48,468 bases of DNA from Lachnospiraceae bacterium (GTDB taxonomy: Bacteria > Bacillota > Clostridia > Lachnospirales > Lachnospiraceae), in assembly GCA_029098105.1 (NCBI GenBank), contig JAQXNR010000033.1, positions 1 to 48,468 of the forward strand, in the 5' to 3' direction. This document shows, one piece after another, positions 8,420-19,090 of this stretch. Every line of letters begins with the position of its first letter. Position 1 is the stretch's first letter. The notes under the pieces were generated by a model. It was not told the origin of the DNA, did not search any database, and saw only the letters and a program-made list of their open reading frames with translations. A program made the position numbers and the translations under genes.

Positions 8420-9331
8420 CTATTCCATTGCCTGAGTCTCATACTGTCTGAGTTCCTCTAAGTATTTTTTCCCCAGTCGGCTCAAGGGCATATTTTTTTT
8501 CTGTATATAACCAATCCGCATTTTTTCCTTCGTATCCAGTGGAATTGCCAGATATTCCCCGCCGTTTAATTCCTCGCACAGAATACCGGAACAAAGCGTA
8601 TAGGCATTTAGTCCCACCATGAGATTCAAAAGGGTAGCACGGTCATCCGCTTTAATAATCTGCTTATACTCATAGGTACTGAACACTTCCTCAGCAAAAT
8701 AAAAGGAGTTGTTGTCTCCCTGCTCAAAAGAAAGACAGGGGTACTCTCTCAAGTCTTCAAAGGTAATAACCTTCTTCCCTGCCAGAGGATGTTTTTTCCA
8801 AAGGTATACATAGATTCCACAGGAAAACAAGTCATGGAATTCCAACTCCTTCTCCCGGAATATTTTCTGCAATGCCTTTTCGTTGAATTCATTGAGGTAC
8901 AAAATTCCCAGTTCACTTTTCTGGTTCTTTACATTCTCAATCACCTCATAGGTTTTTGTCTCATGCACTGCAAACTCATAATCCTCCATGCCAAATTCCT
9001 TCGCCATGGCAATAAATGCCTGAACTGCAAAAGTATAGTGCTGCATGGACACACTGAATTTCTGCCGGGGATTTTGTTTTTGCACAAAGCGCTCCTCCAG
9101 CAGACGGTACTGTTCCACCATCTGACGGGCATACCCTAAAAATTCTTCCCCTTCCGGTGTAATCACAACACCCCGGTTAGAGCGGTAAAACAACTGAATG
9201 CCAATCTCTTCCTCCAAATCCCGCATTGTACCAGACAGCGTGGGTTGGGTAATAAAAAGTTTCTGTGCCGCCTTATTCATGGATTTTTCCTCTGCAATAC
9301 ACACTGCATACCGGAGTTGTTGTAATGTCAT
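8420..9331 (-). CDS. LysR family regulator (MetR/CysL-like by context)
   Basis: N-terminal LysR HTH (SMNKAAQKLFITQPTLS...LEEEIGIQLFYR); directly downstream of metY. Confidence 0.95.
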   Translation of the reverse strand: MTLQQLRYAVCIAEEKSMNKAAQKLFITQPTLSGTMRDLEEEIGIQLFYRSNRGVVITPEGEEFLGYARQMVEQYRLLEERFVQKQNPRQKFSVSMQHYTFAVQAFIAMAKEFGMEDYEFAVHETKTYEVIENVKNQKSELGILYLNEFNEKALQKIFREKELEFHDLFSCGIYVYLWKKHPLAGKKVITFEDLREYPCLSFEQGDNNSFYFAEEVFSTYEYKQIIKADDRATLLNLMVGLNAYTLCSGILCEELNGGEYLAIPLDTKEKMRIGYIQKKNMPLSRLGKKYLEELRQYETQAME

Positions 9332-9354
9332 ATTTTTTCCACCTTTTTTATTAT

Positions 9355-10662
9355 TTACTGGACTGCTTTAAACGCCTCGTCCAAATCTTCAATAATGTCA
9401 TCAATATTTTCCGTTCCGATGGACAGACGAACGGTATTGGGTTTAATACCAGAGTCTTCCAGCTCCTCTGCAGTCATCTGGGAATGGGTAGTTGATGCCG
9501 GATGAATCACCAGAGACTTCACATCTGCCACATTTGCCAACAGAGAGAAGATTTCCAACTGGTCAATGAAATCTTTCGCCTTGCGGTCATCCCCTTTAAT
9601 CTCAAAGGTGAAAATGGAGCCGCCTCCGTTGGGGAAATACTTTTTATATAACGCCTGCTGCTCCGGGTCTTCCGATACAGAAGGATGGTGTACTGCCTCT
9701 ACCTGAGGATGGTTCTTCAAATACTGTACCACCTTCAAGGCATTTTCTACATGCCGCTCTACCCGAAGAGACAATGTTTCCAGACCCTGCAGGAAGAAAA
9801 AGGCATGGAATGGAGAAAGGGTTGCCCCGGTATCCCGAAGAAGAATAGCGCGAATCTTTGTGACAAAGGCTGCCGGTCCCACTGCTTTGGTAAAACTGAT
9901 CCCATGGTAACTGGGGTTGGGTTCTGTCAGGCCCGGGAATTTGCCGGATGCCTCCCAGTCAAATTTACCACTATCTACAATCACACCACCAATGGTCGTT
10001 CCATGTCCGCCGATGAACTTCGTCGCAGAGTGGACAACCACATCTGCTCCATATTCAATAGGACGCACTAAATAGGGAGTTGCAAAGGTATTGTCTACAA
10101 TGAGTGGAATCTTATGGGCATGGGCAATCCCTGCCAGTTTCTCAATGTCTACCACGTCAGAATTGGGATTTCCCAGCGTCTCAATAAATAACAACTTCGT
10201 GTTGTCCTGAATCGCATTTTCCACTTCCTCGTAATCAAAAGGATTTACAAAAGTAGTGTTAACTCCATAGGTGGGCAGAGTGTGCTCTAACAGATTGTAT
10301 GTACCACCATAAATATTTTTGGCTGCTACCACATGGTCCCCTTGTCCTGTAATATTCTCAATGGCATAGGTAATTGCCGCTGCTCCAGAGCCCACTGCCA
10401 AAGCCGCAACACCGCCTTCCAGAGCCGCAATTCTCTGCTCAAATACATCCTCTGTTGGGTTCGTCAGTCTTCCATAAATATTTCCTGCATCGGTCAGTCC
10501 AAAACGGGCAGCCGCATGGTCACTGTTGTGGAAAACATAAGAAGATGTCTGGTAGATTGGCACGGCTCTGGCATCCGTAACCGGGTCTGCCTGCTCCTGT
10601 CCAACGTGTAACTGTAATGTTTCGAATTTTAAATTTCTCTCTGCTCTTGTCTTCTTTGCCAT
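9355..10662 (-). CDS. metY: O-acetylhomoserine aminocarboxypropyltransferase / sulfhydrylase
   Basis: PIYQTSSY, YGRLTNPT, PLP-lysine motif HSATKFIGGHG, and HPASTTH. Confidence 0.95.
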   Translation of the reverse strand: MAKKTRAERNLKFETLQLHVGQEQADPVTDARAVPIYQTSSYVFHNSDHAAARFGLTDAGNIYGRLTNPTEDVFEQRIAALEGGVAALAVGSGAAAITYAIENITGQGDHVVAAKNIYGGTYNLLEHTLPTYGVNTTFVNPFDYEEVENAIQDNTKLLFIETLGNPNSDVVDIEKLAGIAHAHKIPLIVDNTFATPYLVRPIEYGADVVVHSATKFIGGHGTTIGGVIVDSGKFDWEASGKFPGLTEPNPSYHGISFTKAVGPAAFVTKIRAILLRDTGATLSPFHAFFFLQGLETLSLRVERHVENALKVVQYLKNHPQVEAVHHPSVSEDPEQQALYKKYFPNGGGSIFTFEIKGDDRKAKDFIDQLEIFSLLANVADVKSLVIHPASTTHSQMTAEELEDSGIKPNTVRLSIGTENIDDIIEDLDEAFKAVQ

Positions 10663-10781
10663 AATCTCGTCCTCCTAATACATTGCTATATTGTTCTGTT
10701 TCTTTCCTTTGGCTTTCTTTGTACCAACTGAACCAATTATAACACAACAATTCATATAGCGTTAGTAGGATTTATCTTGTT

Positions 10782-10808
10782 CCTGCTATAGGTTTTACCT
10801 ATAGCAGG
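10782..10808. promoter_or_regulatory. LysR-type binding site upstream of metY
   Basis: CCTGCTATAGGT-TTT-ACCTATAGCAGG contains TATAG-N7-CTATA (T-N11-A box). No U-tract follows, so it is unlikely to be a terminator. Confidence 0.65.
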
Positions 10809-10809
10809 T

Positions 10810-11868
10810 CTATACCAGTATCTCCTTCAATTTCTCATCCTCTCTAAGCAACCGCTTCGCCAGGTTACGGTACTTCTCCTCATGCAAATAAGTATGGCGG
10901 TGCGGCTTGATCATGGGTGCCATATCCACCGCTTTCTCAAAATCTTCCCGACGCAGTTGCAACGATTGCACATATTCCCAGAATCCGGTCTGGGTAAATA
11001 TGGTGTCCACTCGTTTATAACGATGGTTCTGCACCCGGCTCATCAAATAGGTTGCAATCCCCACCTGAATTCCATGAAGCTGGGGCTGCTCCAGAAACTG
11101 GTCGAGAGCATGGGAAATCAAATGCTCGCTACCGCTGACCGGAGCACTGCTGCCCGCAATCTCATTGGCAATTCCGCTCATCGCCAGAGAATCTACCAGT
11201 TCCCGCAAAAACAAATCATCCTGAACACTCTCAAAAGGCGTGCGCACAAAACTATTGACCGCTTTTTTTGCAATCATCAGGGCAAAATCATTGACTACCG
11301 TCACCCCCTGACGCTCCTCATAAATCCAGTCATAAAGAGAAGTAATTTTGGAAACCAAATCCCCCACACCGGAATAAATAAACTTCACCGGAGCACTCTT
11401 AATGACATCCGTATCCACAATAATTCCATAAGCCATTCGCGCCGGAACGGAAGTCCTATGCCCCGACACGAGCAGAGACGCACTGGAACTGGAAAATCCG
11501 TCGCTGGAAGTGGATGTGGGTACACTAATGAAGGGAAGTTTGCGCAGAAAAGCCGCATACTTGGAAGCATCAATAACCTTCCCTCCGCCGATTCCTACAA
11601 CCGCCTGTGCCCGGTTGTCCATGGAAAACGCCAACTGCACAATATCCTCCATATGCACACTGTCCAGTTCCCGATACTCCAATACGTTTACCCTCTGTTG
11701 CTGCAAGGACTCCATAACTCTGGCACCAAACAGGTCAATTAAGTCATTTCCAAAATAAAGTACCACATTTTCAATCTGTTTCTCTTTCAAAATACGTCCC
11801 ATTTCTCCTAACGCACCACTTCCCACCTTTAATACAGATGGAATGGCTATGGATTGTCTGCTAATCAT
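10810..11868 (-). CDS. Glycerol-1-phosphate dehydrogenase-like (EgsA/AraM) metal-dependent dehydrogenase
   Basis: GIGGGKVIDASK, PTSTSSDGFSS, SGSEHLISHALD and LHGIQVG motifs. Confidence 0.85.
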   Translation of the reverse strand: MISRQSIAIPSVLKVGSGALGEMGRILKEKQIENVVLYFGNDLIDLFGARVMESLQQQRVNVLEYRELDSVHMEDIVQLAFSMDNRAQAVVGIGGGKVIDASKYAAFLRKLPFISVPTSTSSDGFSSSSASLLVSGHRTSVPARMAYGIIVDTDVIKSAPVKFIYSGVGDLVSKITSLYDWIYEERQGVTVVNDFALMIAKKAVNSFVRTPFESVQDDLFLRELVDSLAMSGIANEIAGSSAPVSGSEHLISHALDQFLEQPQLHGIQVGIATYLMSRVQNHRYKRVDTIFTQTGFWEYVQSLQLRREDFEKAVDMAPMIKPHRHTYLHEEKYRNLAKRLLREDEKLKEILV

Positions 11869-12729
11869 TTAAAAATCCCCCTCGCAATAATAACTTCCCA
11901 GAACTTGAAAATACTGGGTTTCATTCATCAACTGGAAAATCAATGCTTTAATTTCCTGCTTTAATAGGTTTCCATCAAACTCTACAAAAAATTCATAATT
12001 CCACTCAGCTTCCTGATTGGGGCGGGAGTGAATTTCTGTCAGATTGACCCCATAATCGGAAATCATGGACAAAATGCTGGCAAGCGAACCACTTTTATTT
12101 TTGCAGACAAACATTACTTTCATCCGGTTATGCTCTGGGGTCACCACCAGTTGCGGAGTAAACATTACAACTTTCCTGCGCACCCCGCTGTCCTCTACCA
12201 CATCGCATCGGTTAATATATAATTTCTGCTTTACCAGCATACTGTGAATCTCATCTGCTGCCTGAACACTGACATCCTCCAAAATACCAATGCCGGCATC
12301 CACCTTTTTCTCTGCAATCAGGTTGCCTACCTGCTCAAAACTGTCCACGGTAATAACCTTGTCCCGAGAAACCATACTGCAAATGTAGAGTTCCGGTTTC
12401 ACCATTGCCACACTGGCAATTTCCGGCTCCTGCTGCACATACTCGACCGGAAAACAATCCCTTAACTGCAGCGTTCTGCCATACTGGTATTTCCGGCTGA
12501 TTTCCATAATACGCTTAATCAGCGCAATGTATTCCTTGCGAATACTGTCGCCCACACCCTTTGTCAAATTGGAAATAATCGCTTCTTCCCGGTCCGGTTT
12601 GAAAATGTCATCTCCGGTCTGCGCCTTTACTTTTGCCACATTGTCCGCCAGTTCCATCCGCTCTTGAAACAGGCTCTTAATCTGGCTGTCCACTCTGTCA
12701 ATCTGTTCCCGTACCTCCGGCAATGTCAT
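11869..12729 (-). CDS. Chorismate mutase (AroQ) with C-terminal ACT domain, shortened PheA-like
   Basis: N-terminal LPEVREQIDRVDSQI...REEAI chorismate mutase domain; C-terminal NKSGSLASIL...VNLTEIHSRP...YEFFVE...LGSY ACT domain. Confidence 0.85.
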   Translation of the reverse strand: MTLPEVREQIDRVDSQIKSLFQERMELADNVAKVKAQTGDDIFKPDREEAIISNLTKGVGDSIRKEYIALIKRIMEISRKYQYGRTLQLRDCFPVEYVQQEPEIASVAMVKPELYICSMVSRDKVITVDSFEQVGNLIAEKKVDAGIGILEDVSVQAADEIHSMLVKQKLYINRCDVVEDSGVRRKVVMFTPQLVVTPEHNRMKVMFVCKNKSGSLASILSMISDYGVNLTEIHSRPNQEAEWNYEFFVEFDGNLLKQEIKALIFQLMNETQYFQVLGSYYCEGDF

Positions 12730-12866
12730 GCTGCATCCTCCCTTTCTCTATTGCCAACAACCGCAAAAATCCAAAAATAAGTATACGCGAAGGCAAACTC
12801 ATTTTGTCTCCGCGTATCTATCATATTATAATTCTTTTTACATTGCAAATAAAAGCAATGAGGATT

Positions 12867-13403
12867 CTAGTAATTCTCCGGTTTTACCTGGAAATAACTC
12901 TGAGGATGAGCGCATACCGGGCATACCTCCGGTGCCTTCTTGCCTACACAAATGTGACCACAGTTCATACACTGCCAGATGACATCACCATCTTTGGAGA
13001 ATACCAAATCGCCTTCAATGTTGGCAAGCAACTTCTTATAGCGCTCCTCATGTTCCTTCTCGATTGCTGCAACTGCCTCAAACTGAGCTGCAATATCGTT
13101 AAATCCCTCTTCTCTTGCTTCCTTTGCAAAAGTAGGGTACATCTCAGTCCACTCATAGTTCTCACCACCCGCAGCATCCTTTAAGTTGTCCATCGTATCA
13201 CCGATTCCACCTCTGAGCAGTTTAAACCACATCTTAGCATGCTCTTTCTCGTTGGCAGCAGTCTCCTCAAAAATAGCCGCAATCTGAACATAACCATCTT
13301 TTTTTGCCTTGCTGGCATAATAGGTATACTTATTCCGTGCTTCGGATTCACCGGCAAATGCTGCCATCAAATTCGCTTCTGTCTTGCTTCCTTTTAATTC
13401 CAT
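12867..13403 (-). CDS. rbr: Rubrerythrin
   Basis: [20 protein letters not shown] diiron motifs, and a C-terminal CxxC...CPVC rubredoxin domain. Confidence 0.97.
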   Translation of the reverse strand: MELKGSKTEANLMAAFAGESEARNKYTYYASKAKKDGYVQIAAIFEETAANEKEHAKMWFKLLRGGIGDTMDNLKDAAGGENYEWTEMYPTFAKEAREEGFNDIAAQFEAVAAIEKEHEERYKKLLANIEGDLVFSKDGDVIWQCMNCGHICVGKKAPEVCPVCAHPQSYFQVKPENY

Positions 13404-13445
13404 GTATGTTTCCTCCTTAAACTTGGTTTTCTCATATTATACCGC

Positions 13446-14435
13446 TTACAAAACTAAATTTCCAGCAGAAATTGTACCCTTTTCAAAATCCACTGCATTT
13501 TGCAGCGTTGTCTGGCTGATGGCGGCTAGTGCTTCTTTTGTTAAAAATCCCTGATGGGAAGTCACAATGACATTTGGGAAAGACAGCAGGCGGGCGGTAA
13601 CCGAATGTTCCAGCAATTCGTCTTCCCGGTTTTCAAATACATTGTTTCCTTCCTCTTCATATACGTCCAACCCCACACCGAAGAACCGGTTTTCCCGGAT
13701 TCCCTGAATCAAATCGTCGGTTTTCACCAGTGCTCCCCGGGAGGTATTCACCAACACCACATTGGGCTTCATAATCGCAATTGTATCTTTGTTAATCAGG
13801 TGGTACGTCTCCTCCGTCAGTGGACAATGCAGAGAAATCAAATCACTCTGCTTTAATACTTCCTCCAAAGACATATATTCCACAAAATCCAAATCCTTAT
13901 TTGGGTACATGTCATAGGCAATCACCCGCATACCAAATCCACGGCAAATCCGGCACATAGCGGCTCCAATTTTACCGGTTCCAACAATCCCCGCGGTTTT
14001 CTGGTAAAAATTGATTCCCGTCAGACCCACCAGACTGAAATTATTCTCCCGCACTCTGATGTAACTCTTGTGCAGGTGACGGTTCACCGCCAATGCCAGC
14101 GTCATGGCATGCTCTGCCACTGCCTCCGGAGAATATCCGGGAACACGCAAAACCGTCATGCCGCACGCCTTCGCCTTTTCCAAATCCACATTATTAAATC
14201 CGGCACAGCGCAACAGAATCAACTTAATTCCAAGTTCCTGTAACTTCTCAATTACAGGTCCACTTAAATCCGAATTGACAAAGGCACAGATGGCATCATA
14301 TCCCTTCGCCAGAGAAACTGTTTTCAGTGATATATCAATCTCCTGATAGGTAATCTCTACATTTTCATAGTTCTGCAATTCCCGGTCAAAAGACTCCTTA
14401 TCATAACTCGTTGCATCATAAAATAAAATCTTCAT
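13446..14435 (-). CDS. ldhA: D-lactate dehydrogenase-like 2-hydroxyacid dehydrogenase
   Basis: RCAGFNNVD, YSPEAVAEH, GTGKIG, NTSRG, LDVYEEE and TSHQGF motifs. The start is uncertain (14435 or 14447). Confidence 0.88.
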   Translation of the reverse strand: MKILFYDATSYDKESFDRELQNYENVEITYQEIDISLKTVSLAKGYDAICAFVNSDLSGPVIEKLQELGIKLILLRCAGFNNVDLEKAKACGMTVLRVPGYSPEAVAEHAMTLALAVNRHLHKSYIRVRENNFSLVGLTGINFYQKTAGIVGTGKIGAAMCRICRGFGMRVIAYDMYPNKDLDFVEYMSLEEVLKQSDLISLHCPLTEETYHLINKDTIAIMKPNVVLVNTSRGALVKTDDLIQGIRENRFFGVGLDVYEEEGNNVFENREDELLEHSVTARLLSFPNVIVTSHQGFLTKEALAAISQTTLQNAVDFEKGTISAGNLVL

Positions 14436-14559
14436 AAATGACAACACTCCTTCCGCATTATAACCGCTTTTCTATCATACATACTATTTCCATAAGGCAG
14501 TTAAAATATACTGATTTACAAGAACATTTCCTTCCCTGTATACAATATAATAACAGAAT

Positions 14560-17292
14560 TTAGTAACGATTACTAGTATCTTTATGTTCTTTTTCCAGTG
14601 CATTCTCTTTAAACAACAAAGGAAATTCCATGCGGGCACAGAATAAATCCGCATTGATTTCAATATCAAAGTTACCGTTACACACCTCGGTAAAACTGCT
14701 GGCAATGGCCACCCCCAATCCGGAGCCTTCCGTACTCCGGGATTTGTCTCCCCGGAAAAATCGTTCCATCACTTCTTCCTTCGTGAAATTCAACTCTGTC
14801 CTGGACATGTTTTTAATAGTGAATACCGCTTTGTTCTCCTGTGTTGAAAGTTCCAGGTATACCCTGCTGTTTTCCATAGAATATTTTAGCGCATTGGAAA
14901 TCAGATTCTGCAAAACCCGATACAATCGGTCACCATCCGAATAAATTTTCACATCATCTTCCAATTTGCACTTGAACTGCAGTGTACTGTTTTCAATCTG
15001 CTCCTGCATATCTGCCATCGTCTGTTGAATCAGTTTTCCAAAATCAATTTCCCGGAATTCTACTGAAAGATTCCCACTGCTTGCTTTAGACAAATCGAAT
15101 AAGTCCTGTATCATGCTTCGCAGACGGTAAGATTTGCGCTGGAGTATTTTCACATAATCCTGTTCCACCGGAGGAAGTTCTTTCGAGTCCGCCAACAAAT
15201 CCACATAGTTGATGATGGAAGTCAAAGGTGTTTTTATATCATGAGACACATTTGCCACCAAATCAATTTTCATCCGCTCTGATTTCATCTCGTTGGCAAC
15301 TGCTGTCATTACGCTGTCTTTGATTCGTTGAAACTGGGTATCCAAATTCACACATTCGAATTCCTCCGGCAGCGGAACCATAGTCTCAAAATCTCCTTGT
15401 CCCATCCACTCCAACTGCTGCTGTATCCCTTCCATTCCTTTTGCATAAATCGTTACAAACCGGAAATACAGCAAAAATACCACTGTTATAACCAATAACA
15501 AAACTGCCATGACCGCCCAGTAGACAACTACCCCGGTGTCTCCCCAAAGTTTATTCCAAAACTCCGGCATTCCCCAGCGTAATCCATTCCAAACAAGGAG
15601 CAATACTGCACAGACAATTTCTGCACAAGCAAAGGAAACCGTCCGCTTATTCAACTGGTATCCCAGTCCCCGGACAGGATACTCGTTCTTCTTTCGTGCC
15701 AGGCGCTCCACATGTCTTTCTGCCCACCAGCCAATTAAGGAACGGGAGAAGAATTGCCGGTAATTCCGACAACACTGAATGCCCATACAAATTAACAACA
15801 ATACCGGAATTGCCACCATAGTAATGAAAAAACTTCCCGCCCATTTTTCCTGCTGGCGTAACAAGTAACAATAACCGGAGGCATAAACCAGCACTGCCAG
15901 CACCAGAATACGCAGTTCTACCGGAAGCCATTCCAATGCAAACACCCGGGCAGTAATCAGTTTTTCACGGGACACATAAAGCCTCATCTCTCCCACAAAG
16001 GAGAGTATCGCCAACATCAGAAGAAAACCAGTCAGCACCGTACCACACCGGACACTACCCGCAACAAACTCATAAGAATACAGTGGAGAATCCATATTGG
16101 AAAATTGAAAATCCCAATCCGCAAACAACCCTACCACCATATCGTTATCCCGAATATAAGACAACAGATTCTGCTTCGTTGCCATCTTACCACCGAGAAC
16201 CGTATTTCCACTGGTGTATCGTTTCAGATTTATATTTCTGTCATTTTCATAGTAAGGAACAACCACATTCTCTTCCTTGTACCGCTCCCGGTAAGCCTCT
16301 ACAAAAGCAGAATTACCGGTCAGATTCACCCCCATCTCCCGATTGCTGGTAACAAACAACAAAGGGACATACTCCGGCTCATAAGGCGTAAGGGCATAAA
16401 CCGCATTCAATACCGTCTTCCACTCAATATTACTCCCATCCAAAGAAGGCTCAGTGTCAGAATTAGCATAATCCACTCCTACATCTAACAGCGTGACATA
16501 CTTGCCTTCCTTGTCCTGTACCGTATAAAAGTAAGAATCGGTCATAGAGGAATTCGTCTCCTGACGTGTACCGTATTCTGTCAATTCCGTAACATCCGCC
16601 AAAGTATTACTAAAATATATTATATCCCCATTCTCATTTTCTATATAGGAATATTGTTCCTGATCCCCACTCCAGGAATATGTACTGTTTCCCTGACTGT
16701 ACTGGTATTCCCCATCTTCTCCTTTGCTGAACAAGAGAAAAGAATCTTTCGTGCTATTACCAGCATACTTTACCCGGCAAATCCGATAGGGATTTCCATT
16801 CAGTTTTGAACCGGCAATCTTGTTTTCCCCCACAGAACGACCAGTATACAAATCTCCGTTGTTGTAAATGGTCATTCCCAGTTTTCCCGGATCAATCCTT
16901 CCCGTTACAGAGTTACTCAAATCCTTTAAGGCAAACCTCAGTTTATAGTCATAAGACAGTTTTACATAATTGTAAATTCCCTCATACCCCCGTATTTTTT
17001 CTGCGTCTTTGTATGTATTCACCGAATCTTCTGCAGTCGCATTCTCAAAATAAACCCCTTGACGGTAACAGGCATCCTGCACCAACGTGTGAAACATTTC
17101 TACACAAGTATTCACATAGTTTTCATCCTCCCGGTACTTCTTGTTAAACATATCAGAAAAAGAGGCATTTTCAAATGTGTATTTTATCGAAATGAAATTA
17201 ACCAGAAAGACACCAATCGCCAACAACAAAAAGATACTTGTCAACAAAAATACTGGAAACTTTTTTTTATTTCTTCTCCAATTTATAACCAA
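14560..17292 (-). CDS. Sensor histidine kinase with large extracellular domain and multiple TM helices
   Basis: H-box SHDIKTPLTSI, N-box NLISNALKY and G-box GSGLG; overlaps the response regulator stop. Confidence 0.93.
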   Translation of the reverse strand: MVINWRRNKKKFPVFLLTSIFLLLAIGVFLVNFISIKYTFENASFSDMFNKKYREDENYVNTCVEMFHTLVQDACYRQGVYFENATAEDSVNTYKDAEKIRGYEGIYNYVKLSYDYKLRFALKDLSNSVTGRIDPGKLGMTIYNNGDLYTGRSVGENKIAGSKLNGNPYRICRVKYAGNSTKDSFLLFSKGEDGEYQYSQGNSTYSWSGDQEQYSYIENENGDIIYFSNTLADVTELTEYGTRQETNSSMTDSYFYTVQDKEGKYVTLLDVGVDYANSDTEPSLDGSNIEWKTVLNAVYALTPYEPEYVPLLFVTSNREMGVNLTGNSAFVEAYRERYKEENVVVPYYENDRNINLKRYTSGNTVLGGKMATKQNLLSYIRDNDMVVGLFADWDFQFSNMDSPLYSYEFVAGSVRCGTVLTGFLLMLAILSFVGEMRLYVSREKLITARVFALEWLPVELRILVLAVLVYASGYCYLLRQQEKWAGSFFITMVAIPVLLLICMGIQCCRNYRQFFSRSLIGWWAERHVERLARKKNEYPVRGLGYQLNKRTVSFACAEIVCAVLLLVWNGLRWGMPEFWNKLWGDTGVVVYWAVMAVLLLVITVVFLLYFRFVTIYAKGMEGIQQQLEWMGQGDFETMVPLPEEFECVNLDTQFQRIKDSVMTAVANEMKSERMKIDLVANVSHDIKTPLTSIINYVDLLADSKELPPVEQDYVKILQRKSYRLRSMIQDLFDLSKASSGNLSVEFREIDFGKLIQQTMADMQEQIENSTLQFKCKLEDDVKIYSDGDRLYRVLQNLISNALKYSMENSRVYLELSTQENKAVFTIKNMSRTELNFTKEEVMERFFRGDKSRSTEGSGLGVAIASSFTEVCNGNFDIEINADLFCARMEFPLLFKENALEKEHKDTSNRY

Positions 17293-17965
17293 TACCCCAC
17301 ACCACCTTTATGTATTCCGGTTCCTTCGGATTCAGTTCCAATTTCTCCCGGATTCTACGAATATGAACCATAACCGTATTCTCTGTTGCATATGCTTTTT
17401 CTTTCCACACCTTCTCGTAGATTTCTTCCGAAGAAAACACCTTGCCCGGAGAGTGGAAAAACAGTTCCATAATTTTTAGTTCCGTAGCCGTTAAATTCAC
17501 CGGCTGTTCATCCGCATATACCGTCCGCAACTGCGGGTCGTAGGACAAACGCCCCACGGTAATCCGCGCTTGCCCGGATTTGCTCACATCTCCCAGTGTC
17601 ATATAGCGACGAATCTGGGATTTTGCCCTTGCCACCAATTCCATCGCGTTGAAGGGTTTCGCGATATAATCATCCGCCCCGATAGACAAGCCCAGTATCT
17701 TGTCGGTATCCTCCGTTTTTGCTGACATCACAATAATCGGAATATTCCGCTCCTGACGGATTCGCATAATCGCGGAAAAACCGTCCATATTGGGCATCAT
17801 CACATCTATAATAATCAGTTGCAGGGAATGCTGTGAAACCAGTTCCAGCGCTTCCAGCCCATCATAGGCACACAGCACCTGAAACCCTTCCTTTTCCATG
17901 CGGATTTTTACCGCCTCTACAATTTCACGGTCATCATCTACCACCAGTATCGTAGCATTTTCCAT
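17267..17965 (-). CDS. OmpR/PhoB family response regulator
   Basis: ILVVDDD, DVMMP, GADDYIAKPF and VWGIGYK motifs; ATG 17965 follows GGAGG. Confidence 0.96.
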   Translation of the reverse strand: MENATILVVDDDREIVEAVKIRMEKEGFQVLCAYDGLEALELVSQHSLQLIIIDVMMPNMDGFSAIMRIRQERNIPIIVMSAKTEDTDKILGLSIGADDYIAKPFNAMELVARAKSQIRRYMTLGDVSKSGQARITVGRLSYDPQLRTVYADEQPVNLTATELKIMELFFHSPGKVFSSEEIYEKVWKEKAYATENTVMVHIRRIREKLELNPKEPEYIKVVWGIGYKLEKK

Positions 17966-18034
17966 TTTTTCTTCCTCCCACAAGTCTTGTATTACTATTA
18001 TAGCATACAAGGAAAGAATCGGAAACTTCCCACA

Positions 18035-19060
18035 TTAATCCATCTGCGCCGGATTGGAAATAACAATTTTCCCATCTACCATTTCCAATTTCAGATTGTT
18101 TCCTGTAATTTTCATAGCATCCAGCATTTCCTGATTCAGTTGTATTCTTCCATTGCGGTCCAGTACAGCAAATTCTTCATGGGTCTGCTCAATCCCTTCC
18201 GCCATCTCCTGTTGCATCTGCATATCCTCAAGGCTCCCCACTTCCTCCAGTTTCTTCAGAATACTGGTTTTCATCAACTGTTCACTGCTGATTTTTCCGT
18301 CCCGGATGCGAACTACCCGGCTAACCTTGTTTGCCAGGTTCGGGTCATGGGTTACGATGACAATGGTAATTCCCAATTCCTGATTCAATTTCCGGAACAA
18401 ATCCAGAATCTGCGCTGCCGTTTTTCCGTCCACAGCGCCAGTGGGCTCATCCGCCAGCAGAAGGTCCGGTTCATTTGCCAGAGCGATGGCAATGGCAATC
18501 CTCTGCTGCTCCCCACCGGAAAGCTGGTTTAAAAAATTCCCCTTTTTGTGTTCCATTCCCACCAGTTTCAGTAGTTCCAGCGCCCTTTTTTCGCTATCTT
18601 CACGATTGGAAAACAGCATAGGAACTTCCACATTCTGCTGTGCCGTCAAATAGGGGAACAGATTTCTCGCATTATTCTGCCAGACAAATCCCACCGTCTT
18701 CTGCTTATACTCCACCAACTCTGCTTCCTTCATGCGAAACAAATCCCTGCCACCTACATAAAGTTTGCCTGCGGATGGTTTTGCCAACCCGCCTATCATA
18801 TTCAGCAGCGTGGACTTTCCGCTTCCACTGTTTCCAATGATTGCCATCAGTTCTCCCCGCTTTACCACCAAATCCAGCCCCTGTAATGCCATCACTTCGA
18901 TAGCATCCGTTTTATATATTTTTACAAGATTTTCGCAGCGAATCATTTCATCTTCCGCCTGTGCCACATTAGCATTCGTTTCTTTCTCCCGTTCCCGGTA
19001 CTGTCTGCGTTTTTCTATAAACTGGGGAATGACCTTTCTGATTTTCTTTTTTTTGCCCAT
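18035..19060 (-). CDS. ABC transporter ATP-binding protein (LolD/MacB-type) with C-terminal extension
   Basis: GNSGSGKST, LSGGEQQR and LLADEPT motifs, plus an extra ~70-aa C-terminal domain. Confidence 0.93.
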   Translation of the reverse strand: MGKKKKIRKVIPQFIEKRRQYREREKETNANVAQAEDEMIRCENLVKIYKTDAIEVMALQGLDLVVKRGELMAIIGNSGSGKSTLLNMIGGLAKPSAGKLYVGGRDLFRMKEAELVEYKQKTVGFVWQNNARNLFPYLTAQQNVEVPMLFSNREDSEKRALELLKLVGMEHKKGNFLNQLSGGEQQRIAIAIALANEPDLLLADEPTGAVDGKTAAQILDLFRKLNQELGITIVIVTHDPNLANKVSRVVRIRDGKISSEQLMKTSILKKLEEVGSLEDMQMQQEMAEGIEQTHEEFAVLDRNGRIQLNQEMLDAMKITGNNLKLEMVDGKIVISNPAQMD

Positions 19061-19090
19061 AATCTTCCTCCTTTTTACCATACCACTGCA

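Noticed and set aside
12783-12817. Hairpin upstream of the chorismate mutase gene as a T-box or riboswitch
   Set aside because: The region is too short and has no T-box motif; it is most simply a terminator-like hairpin after rbr.
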